Source: the human T2T-CHM13v2.0 reference genome, Homo sapiens
Length of the DNA stretch: 64,000 nt
Assembly: GCF_009914755.1 (NCBI RefSeq)
Contig: NC_060939.1
Direction: 5' to 3' (one strand)
Below are positions 25,780 to 37,828 of the stretch, in pieces. The translations under genes were made by a program, and so were the position numbers. Each line of letters starts with the position of its first letter. Positions within the stretch are counted from its first letter, which is position 1. The notes beneath the pieces were generated by a model. That model was not told the DNA's origin and ran no database searches. It saw only the letters and a program-made list of their open reading frames with translations.

Positions 25780-28700
25780 GTTAATATACAGAAGTCCATT
25801 GCTTTCATAGATACCAGCAACGAACAACTACAATTTGACATTTAAAATGCAGTAACACTTAGCAAAAAAAAGGAAAAAAAGAAAAGAATTATTTAGGTAT
25901 AAACATAACAAAATTGTGTACAGGATCTACACAAGGAAATGATAAAACTAATGAAAGAGATCAACCATCTAAAGAAACGGAGTGTGCAGGAGCGGAAGTG
26001 CCCATTGGTGAAGGCAACCCCGCCTCCCCTCCCTGTCCCTGCTCTGCTCACCTGGTCCCCGGAAGTCTGTGAGTGGCTTGGCCGCCTTTGATGCTGGGTC
26101 CTGGACCTGTTTTTTGGTCCACAGCCTTTGTCAGTTGTCCTTGCGGGCCAGGTTGAGGCGCAACATAGGCCCAGGAGCCTCAGAGGAGGAAGAGGAGGAG
26201 GAGGAAGCTGCTGCAGGAGGCCCATGTCATCCATCTTACTGAGGAGCTGTCAGGGCTGGATGGCCTCCCGCCTCCCACCATCCCACGTCGCTGCCCTGAG
26301 GGGTGACCTGGGGGATCGTGCTGATCTCCATTGGACAAACATTGCAGGGCTGACAAGCCACGTGAATGTTCCATTTAGCTGCTGCACCCCCGCCTACCCG
26401 GTGTACCTTCCTTCAGATGCCATCACCTCAGCGGTTGGCCTGTGAGGCCGGAGCGCTGGCACACAGTGGCTACGGTGGCACCATGTTTGGTGGTCATGGG
26501 ACCTCAGGACCTTCCTGCGCGCTGCTGGCACTCATCTCCCCACCTTGGCGACTACTCCATAGTCAAGTCCCACAACGACAAGAACAAGAAGCTGGAGGAA
26601 GGCAGCCCCGGGTACAACCCCCCTGAAGAGGCGCCAGTGAAGTCTGTGGGGCGGAGGGTCCTGGACGGGCTGAAGCACTGTTACCACAGCTTCAGCCTTC
26701 TCTGGATGGACACCAGGACAGCCACACACTCGCTCTGGGGGATTCTCAGTGGCCATATGCTGAACCACCGGGAGCACAGGCAGTTTGTCCGTGTCCGTGC
26801 TGACCTCTTTTGCCTGGTCCCGCTCCTCATCTTTGCAGTGGTGCTTTTCATGGAGTTGCTGTTGCCCATCATAGTGAAAATCTTTCCCAACATGTTGCTG
26901 TCCACATTTGAGACCCAGTCCATCAAGGAGGAGAGACCGAAGAAGCAGCTATGGGGGAGCTGGAACTGGCTACATTTCTCCAGGACACCATCGAGGAGAA
27001 AAGAAACCAAGGGGAGGACTGCCAAAGCCTTCTCCATGTTTTTCCAGAAGATCCGAGAGACAGGAAAGACCTAACAATGAAGAAATCATGCGCTTTCCCA
27101 AATTATTTGAGGATGAGCTGACCTTGGATAACCTCACCTGCCAGCAGCTGGTGGCATTTGTGTGAGCTGCTGGGTCTCCAGGCCATAGGCACCAACAACT
27201 TCCTATGCTTCCAGCTCACCATGAGGTTGAGGTCCATAAAGGCCAACAATGAGTTGATTGCTGAGGAAGGGGTGGACAGCCTGAATATCAAGGAATTGCT
27301 GTCGACATGTAGAACTCGAGGGATGTGGGCCCTCGGGGTCCCAGAAAACCATGTGAGGAGCCTGCTGAAGCGGTGGCTGGACCTGCATTTGCATCAAGAG
27401 ATCCCCATATCACTGCTCTTATTGTCCTGAGCTATGTACCTCCCAGACACCCTCTCTCCTACTGACCAGCTCAAATCCACCTTGCAGACTCTTCCAGAGA
27501 CAGTGGTGAAGGGAGCCCAGGTGAAAGTGGACAAGGTTAAGGGTGAGCAGGTGGACAACAAAGTAAAATTGGAGGCCATATTACAGGAGGAGACGGCCAT
27601 CCAGCTGGAGCACAGGGATAATGAGCTGCAGAAGCTATCCCAAGAAACGAAGTGGAAGAAGCCACCCCTGAGAGGCCAGTGGCTGACCAGCAGCCAGAAG
27701 TGCCTGATGTTATCCTGCCCTCAGAGGCCCTGAAGGACACTGCCCCTGTGCTGGAGATCTTGAAGGAGGAGAAAATAACTAAAGAAGAAATGGGTGTACT
27801 TAGCGATGCGTGTTCTAAACTGAAGGAGCAAAATAAGTCCCTAACCAAGGAGAAGGAGGAGCTGGAGCTGCTGAAGGAGGATGTCCAGGACGATAGTGAT
27901 GACTTGCAAGAGATCAAGAAGGAAGTTTCAAAGACCAGCAAAGAAAAATATGTGGAAAAATCTAAAGCCAGCAAGACACTGACAAAGAGAGTTCAGCAGA
28001 TGATCTGGTGGATAGACAGCTTGATCGCACAGCTGGAGATGGATCAGAGGCCTGGCAAGCTGGGCCAGGCAGAGGACTCAGGGGGAGCGGGAGAGAAAGT
28101 CATCGGTATCACTGAGCTCATCAGTACCATGAAGCAAATCAAGAACATTCCAGAAAACAAGCTGATCAGCTTGGCCTCAACACTGGATAAAAGTAAGAAT
28201 GGCAAGGTCAACATTGACAAGCTCATTAAGGTGATTGAGCTTGTGGACAAAGATGTTCACGTCTCTACCAGTCAGGTGGCTGAGATTGTAGCAATGCTGG
28301 AGAAGGAGGAGAGGTGGAGGAGAAGAAGAAGGCTAAGGGAAAGGCTGAGGAGGAGGCTGCAGAAGTGAAGAATTAGGGCTGGTTTTGGCTCTCAGGCATG
28401 TTGGTGGCCCGACAGGTGTCTGCCTCCATCCTGCTTCACTAGCTGTTGTGGTAATGACCATAATAATAATCGCTTTGAGGTGATTCTTTTTTTTTTTTTT
28501 TTCAGTACTAGAAGAAATAAATTTTATTTTATTTTATTTTTTTATTATTATACTGTAAGTTCTAGGGTACATGTGCACAACATGCAGGTTTGTTACATAT
28601 GTATACATGTGCCGTGTTGGTTTGCTGCACCCATTAACTTGTCATTTACATTAAGTATTTCTCCTAATACTATCCCTCCCCCATCCCCCCACCCCATGAC

Positions 28701-28929
28701 GGGCCCTGGTGTGTGATGTTCCCTGCCCTATGTCCAAGTGTTCTCATTGTTCAATTCCCACCTGTAAGTGAGAACATGCAGTGTTTGGTTTTCTGTCCTT
28801 GCAATAGTTTGCTCAGAATGATGGTTTCCAGCTTCATCCATGTTGCTACAAAGGACACGAACCCATCCTTTTTATGGCTGCATAGTATTCCATGGTGTAT
28901 ATGTGCCACATTTTCTTAATCCAGTCTAT

Positions 28930-29844
28930 CACTTATGGACATTTGGGTTGGTTCCAAGTCTTTGCTATTGTGAATAGTGCCACAATAAACATACGTGTGC
29001 ATGTGTCTTTATAGTAGCATGATTTATAATCCTTTGGATATATACCCAGTAATGGGATTGCTGGGTCAAATGGTATTTCTAGTTCTAGATCCTTGAGGAA
29101 TCGCCACACTGTCTTCCACAATGGTTGAACTAGTTTACACTCCCACCAACAGCATAAAAGTGTTCCTATTTCTCCACATCCTCTCCAGCACCTTTTGTTT
29201 CCTGACTTTTTAATGCTTTACTTCCAACTATGTGGTCAATTTTGGAATAAATGTGATGAGAAGCTGAGAAGAATGTATATTCTGTTGATTTGGGGTGGAG
29301 AGTTCTGTAGATGTCCATTAGGTCTGCTTGGTGCTGAGTTCAAGTCCTGGATATCCTTGTTAACTTTCTGTCTCGTTGATCTGTCTAATGTTGACAGTGG
29401 GGTGTTAAAGTCTCCCATTATTATTATATGGGAGTCTAAGTCTCTTTTTTAGGTCTCTCAGGACTTGCTTTATGAATCTGGGTGCTCCTGTATTAGGTGC
29501 ATATATATTTAGGATAGTTAGCTCTTCTTGTTGAATTGATCCCTTTACCATTATGTAATGGCCTTCTTTGTCTCTTTTGATCTTTGTTGGTTTAAAGTTT
29601 GTTTTATCAGAGACTAGGATTGCAATGCCTGCTTTTTTTTTGCTTTCCATCTGCTTGGTAGATCTTCCTCCATCCCTTTATTTTGAGCCTATCTGTGTCT
29701 CTGCATGTGAGATGGGTCTCCTGAATACAGCACACTGATGGGTCTTGACTCTATCCAATTTGCCAGTCTGTGTCTTTTAACTGGGACATTTAGCCCGTTT
29801 ACATTTAAGGTTAATATTGTTATGTGTGAATTTGATCATGTCAT
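28930..29844 (-). pseudogene. L1 ORF2 remnant: endonuclease domain joined directly to the C-terminal region
   Basis: ATGACATGA (stop at codon 3) at 29,844; EN peptides AILVSDK, ILNIYAPNTGAPRFIK, GDFNTPLS; C-terminal WKTVWRFLKDLELEIPFDPAIPLLGIYP; junction at 29,214-15. Confidence 0.88.
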
Positions 29845-29907
29845 TATGATGTTAGCTGGTTATTTTGCCCGTTAGTTGATGCAGTTTCTTCCTAGCATTG
29901 ATGGTCT

Positions 29908-30933
29908 TTACAATTTGGCATGTTTTTGCAGTGGCTGGGACCAGTTGTTCCTTTCCATGTTTAGTGCTTCCTTCAGGAGCTCTTATAAGGCAGGCCTGGT
30001 GGTGACAAAATCTCTCAGCATTTGCCTGTCTGTAAAGGATTTTATTTCTCCTTCACTTATGAAGCTTAGTTTGGCTGGATATGAAATTCTGGGTTGAAAA
30101 TTCTTTTCTTTAAGAATGTTGAATATTGGCCCCCACTCTCTTCTGGCTTGTAGAGTTTCTACTGAGAGATCCGCTGTTAGTCTGATGGGCTTCCCTTTGT
30201 GGGTAACCTGACCTTTCTCTCTGGCTGCCCTTAGCACTTTTTCCTTCATTTCAACCTTGGTGAATCTGACAATTATGTGTCTTGGGGTTGCTCTTCTCGA
30301 GGAGTATCTTTGTGGTGTTCTCTGTATTTCCTGAATTTGAATGTTGGCCTGCTTTGCTAGGTTGGGGAAGTTCTCCTGGATAATATCCTGAAGAGTGTTT
30401 TCCAGCTTGATTCCATTCTCCCTGTCACTTTCAGGTACACCAACCAAATGTAGATTTGGTCTTTTCACATAGTCCTATATTTCTTGGAGGCTTTGTTCGT
30501 TTCTTTTTACTTTTTTTTCTCTAAACTTCTCTTCTCTCTTCATTTCATTTATTTGATCTTCAATCACTGATACCCTTTCTTCCACTTGATCGAGTTGGCT
30601 ACTGAAGCTTGTGCATGAGTCATGTAGTTCTTGTGCCATGGTTTTCAGCTCCATCAGGTCATTTAAGGTCTTCTTTACACTGTTTTTTCTAGTTAGCCGT
30701 TTGTCTAATCTTTTTTCAAGGTTTTTAGCTTCCTTGCGATGGGTTCGAACATCCTCCTTCAGCTTGGAGAAGTTTGTTATTACCGACTTTCTGAAGCCTA
30801 CTTCTGTCAACTCGTCAAAGTCATTCTCCATCCTGCTTTGTTCCATTGCTGGCAAGGAGCTGCGATCCTTTGGAGGAGAAGGGGTGCTCTAGTTTTTATA
30901 ATGTTCAGCTTTTCTGCTCTGGTTTCTCCCCAT
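29908..30933 (-). pseudogene. L1 ORF1p remnant with nonsense codons
   Basis: ATGGGGAGAAACCAG at 30,933; peptides KRPNLHLVGVPESD..IIQENFPNLA..RHIIVRFTKVEMKE; stops at codon 15, ~30,475 and ~29,983. Confidence 0.9.
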
Positions 30934-32781
30934 TGTGGTTTTATCTACCTTTGGTCTTGGATGATGGTGACCTACAGATGGGGTTTTGGTGTGGATGTCC
31001 TTTTTGTTGATGTTGGTGCTATTCCTTCCTGTTTGTTAGTTTTGCTTCTAACAGGTCCCTCAGCTGCAGGTCTGTTGGAGTTTGCTGGAGGTCCACTCCA
31101 GACCCTGTTTGCCTGGGTATCACCAGAGGAGGCTGTAGAACAGCAAATATTGCAGAACAGCAAATATTGCTGCCTGATCCTTCCTCTGGAAGCTTTGTCC
31201 CAGAGCGGCATCTGGCTGTATGAGGTGTCAGTCGGCCCCTACTGGGAGGTGTCTCCAAGTTAGGCTACATGGGGGTCAGGGACCCACTTGAGGAGGCAGT
31301 CTGTCTGTTCTCAGAGCTCAAACACTGTGCTGGGAGAACCACTGCTCTCTTCAGAGCTGTCAGACAGGGACGTTTAAGTCTGCAGAAGTTTCTGCTGCCT
31401 TTTGCTCAGCTATGCCCTACCCCCAGAGATGGAGTCTACAGAGGCAGGTGGGCCTCGTTGAGCTGTGGTGGGCTCCACCCAGTTGGAGCTTCCGGGCCAC
31501 TTTGTTTACCTACTCAAGCCTCAGCAATGGTGGACGCCCCTCCCCCAGCCAGGGTTGCTGCCTCGCAGTTCGATCTTGGACTAGCAGTAAGCAAAGCTCT
31601 GTGGGCATGGGACCCACTGAGCCAGGCGCAGCATATAATCTCCTGGTGTGCCGTTTGCTAAGAGTGTTAGAAAAGTGCCGTGTTTAGGTGGCAGTGTCCC
31701 AGTTTTCCCAGTACAGTCTGTCATGGCTTCCCTTGGGTAGGAAAGGGAAATCCCCCAACCCCTTGCGCTTCCCGGGTGAGGCAATGCCCCGCCCTGCTTC
31801 AGCTTGCCCTCTGTGGGCTGCACCCACTTTCCGACCAGTCCCAATGAGATGAACCAGATACCTCAGTTAGAAATGCAGAAATCACCCGTCTTCTGTGTCA
31901 ATCACGCTGGGAGCTGCAGACCAGAGCTGTTCTTATTTGGCCATCTTGGAATGCCCCTTGAGGTGATTCTTAATGGCAAGTCTAATACTTTGTCTGAAAT
32001 AAGTCAGAAGCTTCCATTTAAAAAAAAAAAAAAGAAAGAAAGTGGAGAGTTATCCCATGCTCATGGATAGGAAAATTCACTATCATTAAGATGACTCTTC
32101 CCAACTTGTTCTATAGATTCAATGCAACCCCAATTAAAATCTCAGTGAATTATTTTTTGATATTAACAGAACAGTCAACATAATTACTGAAAAAGAAGTC
32201 AGATGACTGACACTACTTGGCTTCAAAGCTTACTATAAACCTATAGTAATGAAGACAGTGTGATATTCACGAAAGAATAGACAAACAGGTCAATGGAACA
32301 GAATAGAGGGCCCAGAAATAGAGCCATGTAAATATAGTCAACTGATCTTTGACAAGGGACCAAAGGTAATTCAATGGAGAAAAGATAGTCTTTTCAACAA
32401 ATGGTGCTAGAACAACTGGGCATCCATATGCAAAACAAACAAACAAACAAACAAACAAAAAGAGTTTAGACACAGACCTTTAAACCTTTCATAAAAGTTA
32501 ACTCAAAATAGATCATAGAACTAAACGTAAAACATAAAACTATAAAATTTCCGTAAGATAAGAGAAAATCTAGGTAACTCTGGGTTGGCAATGAGTTTTC
32601 AGGAAAAAATGCCAAAACCATGAACCATGAAAGAAAAAATATTTAAATCGGACTTCATTAAAATTAAAAACTTTTGTTATGCAAAAGACACTGTTAAGAG
32701 AATGAAAAGACAAGCCACAGACTGGGAGAAAATATTTGCAAGACACATAGCTGATAAAAGACTTGTATTCAAAATATATGA

Positions 32782-32990
32782 AGCTAACCTCGGCAGCATG
32801 GTGAAACCCCGTCTCTACAAAAAAATACAAAAATTAGCTGGGCATGGTGGTGCATGCCTGTAGTCTCAGCTACTCTAGAAGGCTAAGGCAGGAGGATTGC
32901 TTGAGCCCAGGAGGTGGAGGCTGCATTGAGCTGTGATCACTGCCACTGCACTCCAGCCCGGGTGACAGAGTGAGACCCTGTCTCAAAATA
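32782..32990 (+). mobile_element. 5'-truncated Alu (AluJ-like)
   Basis: Starts mid left arm; flanked by caaaatatat..gaag repeats. Confidence 0.88.
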
Positions 32991-33589
32991 TATATATGAA
33001 GAACTCTTAAAATGTAACAATAAGCAGACAGTCCAATTTTTAAATGGCAGAAGATCTGAATAGGCACCTCGCCAAAGAAGATATACAGATGACAAACATA
33101 CATATAAAAAGATGATCAACCTAAGTTATCAGTAAGGAATTGCTAATTGAAATAACAATGAGATACCACTGCAGATTTATTAGAATGGCCAAAATCCAAA
33201 CTGAAAATACCACATGCTAGCCAGGATGTGGAGCAACAGGAACTCTCTTCATTGCTGGTGGTAATGCAAAATGATTCAGCCACTCTGGAAGTCAATTTGG
33301 CAGTGTCTCACAAAGCTAAACATGCTCTTACTACACAATCCAGCAATCACACTCCTGGGTACTTATCTGGTTGAGTTGAAAACGTATGTCCACATAAAAA
33401 CCTTCACACATGAGTGTTTATAGAGCAGCTTTGTCCATAATTACCAAAAAGTGGAAGCAATCAAGATGTCCTTCAATAAGGGAGTGGATAAACTGTGGTA
33501 CACCTCTGCAATGGAACGTTATTCAGCGGTAAACAGAAATGAAGTATTAAGCCATGAACAGACATGGGGGAAGCACAAATGCATGTTAT

Positions 33590-33623
33590 TGCACTTCATC
33601 TCAGCCAGAGGCCAAGAAGCCGT
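33590..33623 (-). pseudogene. 3'-truncated (tailless) U2 snRNA retropseudogene, nt ~1-35
   Basis: Reverse complement acggcttcttggcctctggctgagatgaagtgca vs U2 atcgcttctcggccttttggctaagatcaagtgta; flanked by caaatgcatgttatt / cacatgcctgttact. Confidence 0.8.
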
Positions 33624-34119
33624 TCACATGCCTGTTACTAAGTGAAAGAAGCCAGTCTGAAAAGGCTACATACTGTATGTTTCCAATTGTTCCAGAAAAG
33701 ACAAAACTATAGGCTAAAAAATTTAATGATGTCCAGAGGTTTAGGGGTAGGGATGAATAGGTGAAGCAAAAGGATTTTGGGGGCAGTGAAACTATTCTGT
33801 TTCTAACAATATTCCATAGAACTGAACCACACACAAAGGGAACCCTAATGTAAACTATGGACTTCAGTTAATATGTATCAATATTGGTTCATTAGTTGCA
33901 AAAAATGTACCACACGCATGCAATATTTTAATATTGGAACTTTGTATTCTCTGCTTAATTATTCTCTAAAATTGTTACTAAAGAATAAAACCTATTAATT
34001 AAAAAAAAACACAGCAAGGCAGCTCTTCAGAGTTCCATGGCCTTAGACAGTGACCACTGGCTACGTGTACTTGGCATCCAGGCAACATCTGGAGGCTTTA
34101 GTATGTGACAGAGATCAAG

Positions 34120-34385
34120 TCATTGTTTAGGGAACAGGGCCTCTGGAGCCTGACAGACATGGGATATAATCCTGACTCTATCACTCACCTGCTGTGTGAC
34201 CTTGGTTCAGTCACGTAACCTCTCTGAGCCTCAAGTCTAGGTCTCTCATCTGTAAAGTAGGGACAATAATCGTAACTATTTTGTGGGTAGGGTGTTACAA
34301 AGATGAAATAAGACATTCTATGGAAAGTGCTTCAAATACTCCCTGGCTAGGTAAGGCCTCAATAAATATTACCTACTCACATTAT
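34120..34385 (+). mobile_element. MIR SINE
   Basis: ctctggagcctgacagac..gctgtgtgaccttgg..aacctctctgagcctca..catctgtaaagtaggg. Confidence 0.8.
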
Positions 34386-35370
34386 TAGTAAGAAAAAATG
34401 AACACAATACTGAGCTCTTGCAGTATATCACTTCCTGCTGGTCACTGGAGACTCAGAAGTTCAAACACTGGTCCCCCCCAGGGCTCACTGTCTATGAGAC
34501 TTACACTTACCAACCTCCTAGGGCAGAAACAACTGACTCCCTGCAGGAGGAGTGCAATGTGAAGCAGGCTTAGCTGAGGGGTAAGGCTGGGAAGAGACTC
34601 TGAGATGGGATGTTTGAGATAAGCCCCAAAAGATGAGGCTTATTCCAAGGTGACAACTGAGCAACTTGCTCAGATGGCCTGAGCAAGCCTTGGAGGATGG
34701 CTAAAGCATGGTGTATTCCAGGACTGGCAAGCAGTTTGGTGCACATCATGGACCCTAGAGAGAATCAGGACTGGAAAGGGCAGGATGGAGAGGTCACCTG
34801 GCCCAACTATCTCACTTTAGAGATGAGGAAACTGACAGGCAGAGGGAGGGGAAAAGACCTCCTAATTGTCACATTGCTACATTTGTTTTCATCTTCGGAC
34901 TTAATGAACTTAGAGAATGAGAGTTTTGATAAGGGAGAAGGGTAGTGTAATGATGGTGATAATGATGATAACATATTTAATAATGGATTAATATGTGCTA
35001 AGCACTATTCTCGGGGCTTTACAAAAGTTATTTTATCCACAACATAACCCTCTGAGGTGGGTACTATTTATTCCCATTTTGTAGATGGGGAAATGGAGGC
35101 ACAGAGAAGTTAAGTAATGACTCCCCATTGCTTTCAGGATATTAGCAGACACTGCTCACTGCCCCTTCCTCATGCACTCCCAAATTTCTGCCTTACTGGC
35201 AGAGCAGTAGTATTGTTCCTTTATCCCCCTTATCCCACAACTGGAGCTTTAGGAGGGGCCAGCTCCAGGGTAGATGCTTTGTTGGTTTCAATCAATCATG
35301 TCAGTTCACTCTTCTTGCCAGAGATTGGTTCAAGTACAGGTTTTCCTGGCCTGTTAGAAGTGGAGGGAAT

Positions 35371-35620
35371 TGGGAGGCCAAGGCGAGCGGATCACGAGGT
35401 CAGGAGATCGAGACCACGGTGAAACCTCGTCTCTACTGAAAATACAAAAAAATTAGCCGGGCGTGGTGGTGGCTGCCTGAAGTCCCAGCTACTCGGAGAG
35501 GCTGAGGCAGGAGAATAGCGTGAACCCAGGAGGCGGAGCTTGCAGTGAGCAGAGATCGCGCCAATGCACTCCAGCCTGGGCGACAGAGCGAGACTCCATC
35601 TCAAAAAAAAAAAAAAAAAG
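35371..35620 (+). mobile_element. 5'-truncated AluY with the 12-bp left-arm deletion (Yd/Yc3-type)
   Basis: gagatcgagaccacggtgaaacc lacks tcctggctaaca relative to AluY. Confidence 0.85.
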
Positions 35621-35644
35621 AAGCTGGGAGAATTATGGAAGTAG

Positions 35645-35943
35645 GTTGGTTTGTTTGTTTGTTTTTGAGGTAGGGTCTCGCTCTGTCACCCAGGCTGGAG
35701 TGCAGTGGCCTATCTTGACTCATTCCAGCCCCTACCTCCTAGGCTTGAGTGAGCCTCCTGAGCCTCCTGAGTAGCTGGGACTATAAGTGCATGCCACAAC
35801 ACCTGGTTAATTTTTGTATTTTTAGTAGAGATGGGGTTTTGCCATGTTGCCCAGGCTGGTCTTGAACTCCTGAGCTCAGGTGATCCGCCTACCTGGGCCT
35901 CCCAAAATGCTGGGATTACAGGTGTGTGCCACTATGCCTGGCT
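35645..35943 (-). mobile_element. Alu (AluJ-like)
   Basis: Full dimer with (gttt)n tail. Confidence 0.92.
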
Positions 35944-35951
35944 GGAAGTAG

Positions 35952-36243
35952 TTTTTTTTTTGAGACAGAGCCTGGCTCTGTCACCCATGCTAGAGTGCAG
36001 TGGTGCAATCTTGGCTCACTGCCAGCTCCACCTCCCAGGTTCATGCCATTCTCCTGCCTCAGCCTCCTGAGTAGCTGGGACTACAGGCACCTGCCACCAT
36101 GCCCAGTTCATTTTTTGTGTTTTTAGTAGAGATGGGGTTTCACTGTGTTAGCCAGGATGGTCTCGATCTCCTGACCTCATGATCCGCCCGCCTCGGCCTC
36201 CCAAAGTGCTGGGATTACAGGTGTGTGCCACCACGCCCAGCCT
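35952..36243 (-). mobile_element. Alu (AluY-like)
   Basis: Full dimer; TSD tggaa(g/a)tagtttt. Confidence 0.93.
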
Positions 36244-37532
36244 GGAAATAGTTTTTTTAATTGTAAAAGAGAGCTGGAGGAGGAAGGGAAAGCCCCCAGG
36301 AACAGGCTATAGCCCTTCCTCCATCACTGGACATTGCATGTGTCTGCATGTGATGTCAGAGCTGTGACAGCCACCTTAGGTCCATGAGGGGACAAGTCTG
36401 AGCATAGTCTGACACACTGAAGATGGTGGGGTGGAGGCAGGGAATTAACTGAGTCCTTGAAGATGTGGTTGAATTTTGAATTAACCTGCTGAATTAACCA
36501 ATTCTGGATGCCTCCTCTCATCTTGACATATGAGATCTTGTATCACTTACTTGCTATGCCAGTTGTATCAGAGTTTTCTGTTCCTTGCAGCTGAAAGCAT
36601 TCTTGTTGGTGTGAAGATGAACCCCAAAGCCACATATCATTCAAGCCTAAACCCTGCAGCCCTGTTTCTTCTCAACATCGTTTGCTGTAGCCAGAGTCGA
36701 GGACTTGCTCTTCCCAGGAAGGGCCTCTGGGTCTCTGGGCATTGCCATTTGCTCTTCCATCTATTCAAAGTATCCTTCCATGTAGTTGTTTTACACATCT
36801 CCTCCTCCTCCTCTTTTCTGAGCTGGTTGCTCCATCACCTTCTCTGCAGAGTCTGCGTGGATTCCTAACTAAGGAGTCCCACAATACCCACCTATGTGAC
36901 CACCATCACTCTTGTCACCCAAGATTGTCAGATTGTCACTTATTTGTTTATGTAACTGCCTTATTTCCTGCACTGAGGGCAAGGCCTGGTCATGCTCATC
37001 TCTGTGCCCTTGCCACCCAGTGCAGGGCTTGGCCCAGAGCACACACCCTCTGAGTGGCTATGGAATGAATGAGTGTAGAGGTCATCTTAGTCCCCTGGGG
37101 CTCACAAGTGGTACTAGAGAGGCAGCGTCTAGGATGACAGCATTAATAACTGCAATCATTAATGAACCACTTCCTCACTACGGGCCAGGCACTTCCCACA
37201 CATTATCTCACATGCTCTTTATGGCATGATTGTTATCCCCATTTTATAGATGAGGAAACAGGCACAGAGGCACAAAGCAACTTGCCTGAAGTTGGGGTTT
37301 AAACAGAAGTCTGTTGGTCTGTCGCTAAGTGAAAAAAGAAATATACTAAATGTATATGTGTGTGTATGTGTGTTTGATTGCAATAATGGTAGGAATATTG
37401 GCAATTTACATTTCCAATGTTCTCAGTATTTCCAATTTTGTTTCAGAAGTATAATGGGGAAAAATAAAAAATCATATAGCCAAAGGTTTAGAGAATTAAT
37501 GTCGGGCTGAGCCATGTGCCCTGAGGATGTCA

Positions 37533-37828
<296 letters not shown>

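Larger units (their letters stand above)
28522..31957 (-). mobile_element. L1PA6-like LINE-1 with complete 5'UTR, dead ORF1, and ORF2 carrying a large internal deletion (~2.6-2.7 kb)
   Basis: 5' end GGGGCATTCCAAGATGGCC (YY1 site) from 31,957; 3'UTR and poly-A at ~28,522-28,900; perfect TSD ttgaggtgattctt at 28475-88 and 31958-71 with a TT/AAGA endonuclease site. Confidence 0.93.
25983..32034 (+). pseudogene. LETM1: LETM1 processed pseudogene (retrocopy): 5'UTR 25,983-26,223; disrupted CDS 26,224-28,376; 3'UTR split by L1; poly-A at 32,020-32,033
   Basis: Intronless peptides match LETM1 end to end (MSSILLRSC...; [38 protein letters not shown]; [12 protein letters not shown]; [19 protein letters not shown]; [22 protein letters not shown]; EF-hand-like [11 protein letters not shown]; ...EVKN*). 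Frameshifts and TGA at 27,428; variant signal AATAAG at 31,998; degenerate TSD aaagaaacggag (25971-82) / aaagaaagtggag (32035-47). The symbol is the parent gene; the pseudogene number is unknown. Confidence 0.96.

Noticed and set aside
26442-27074. 210-aa ORF with LETM1 transmembrane region as a functional gene
   Set aside because: It is a fragment of a frameshifted, stop-containing retrocopy and starts at GTG; the targeting sequence is in another frame.
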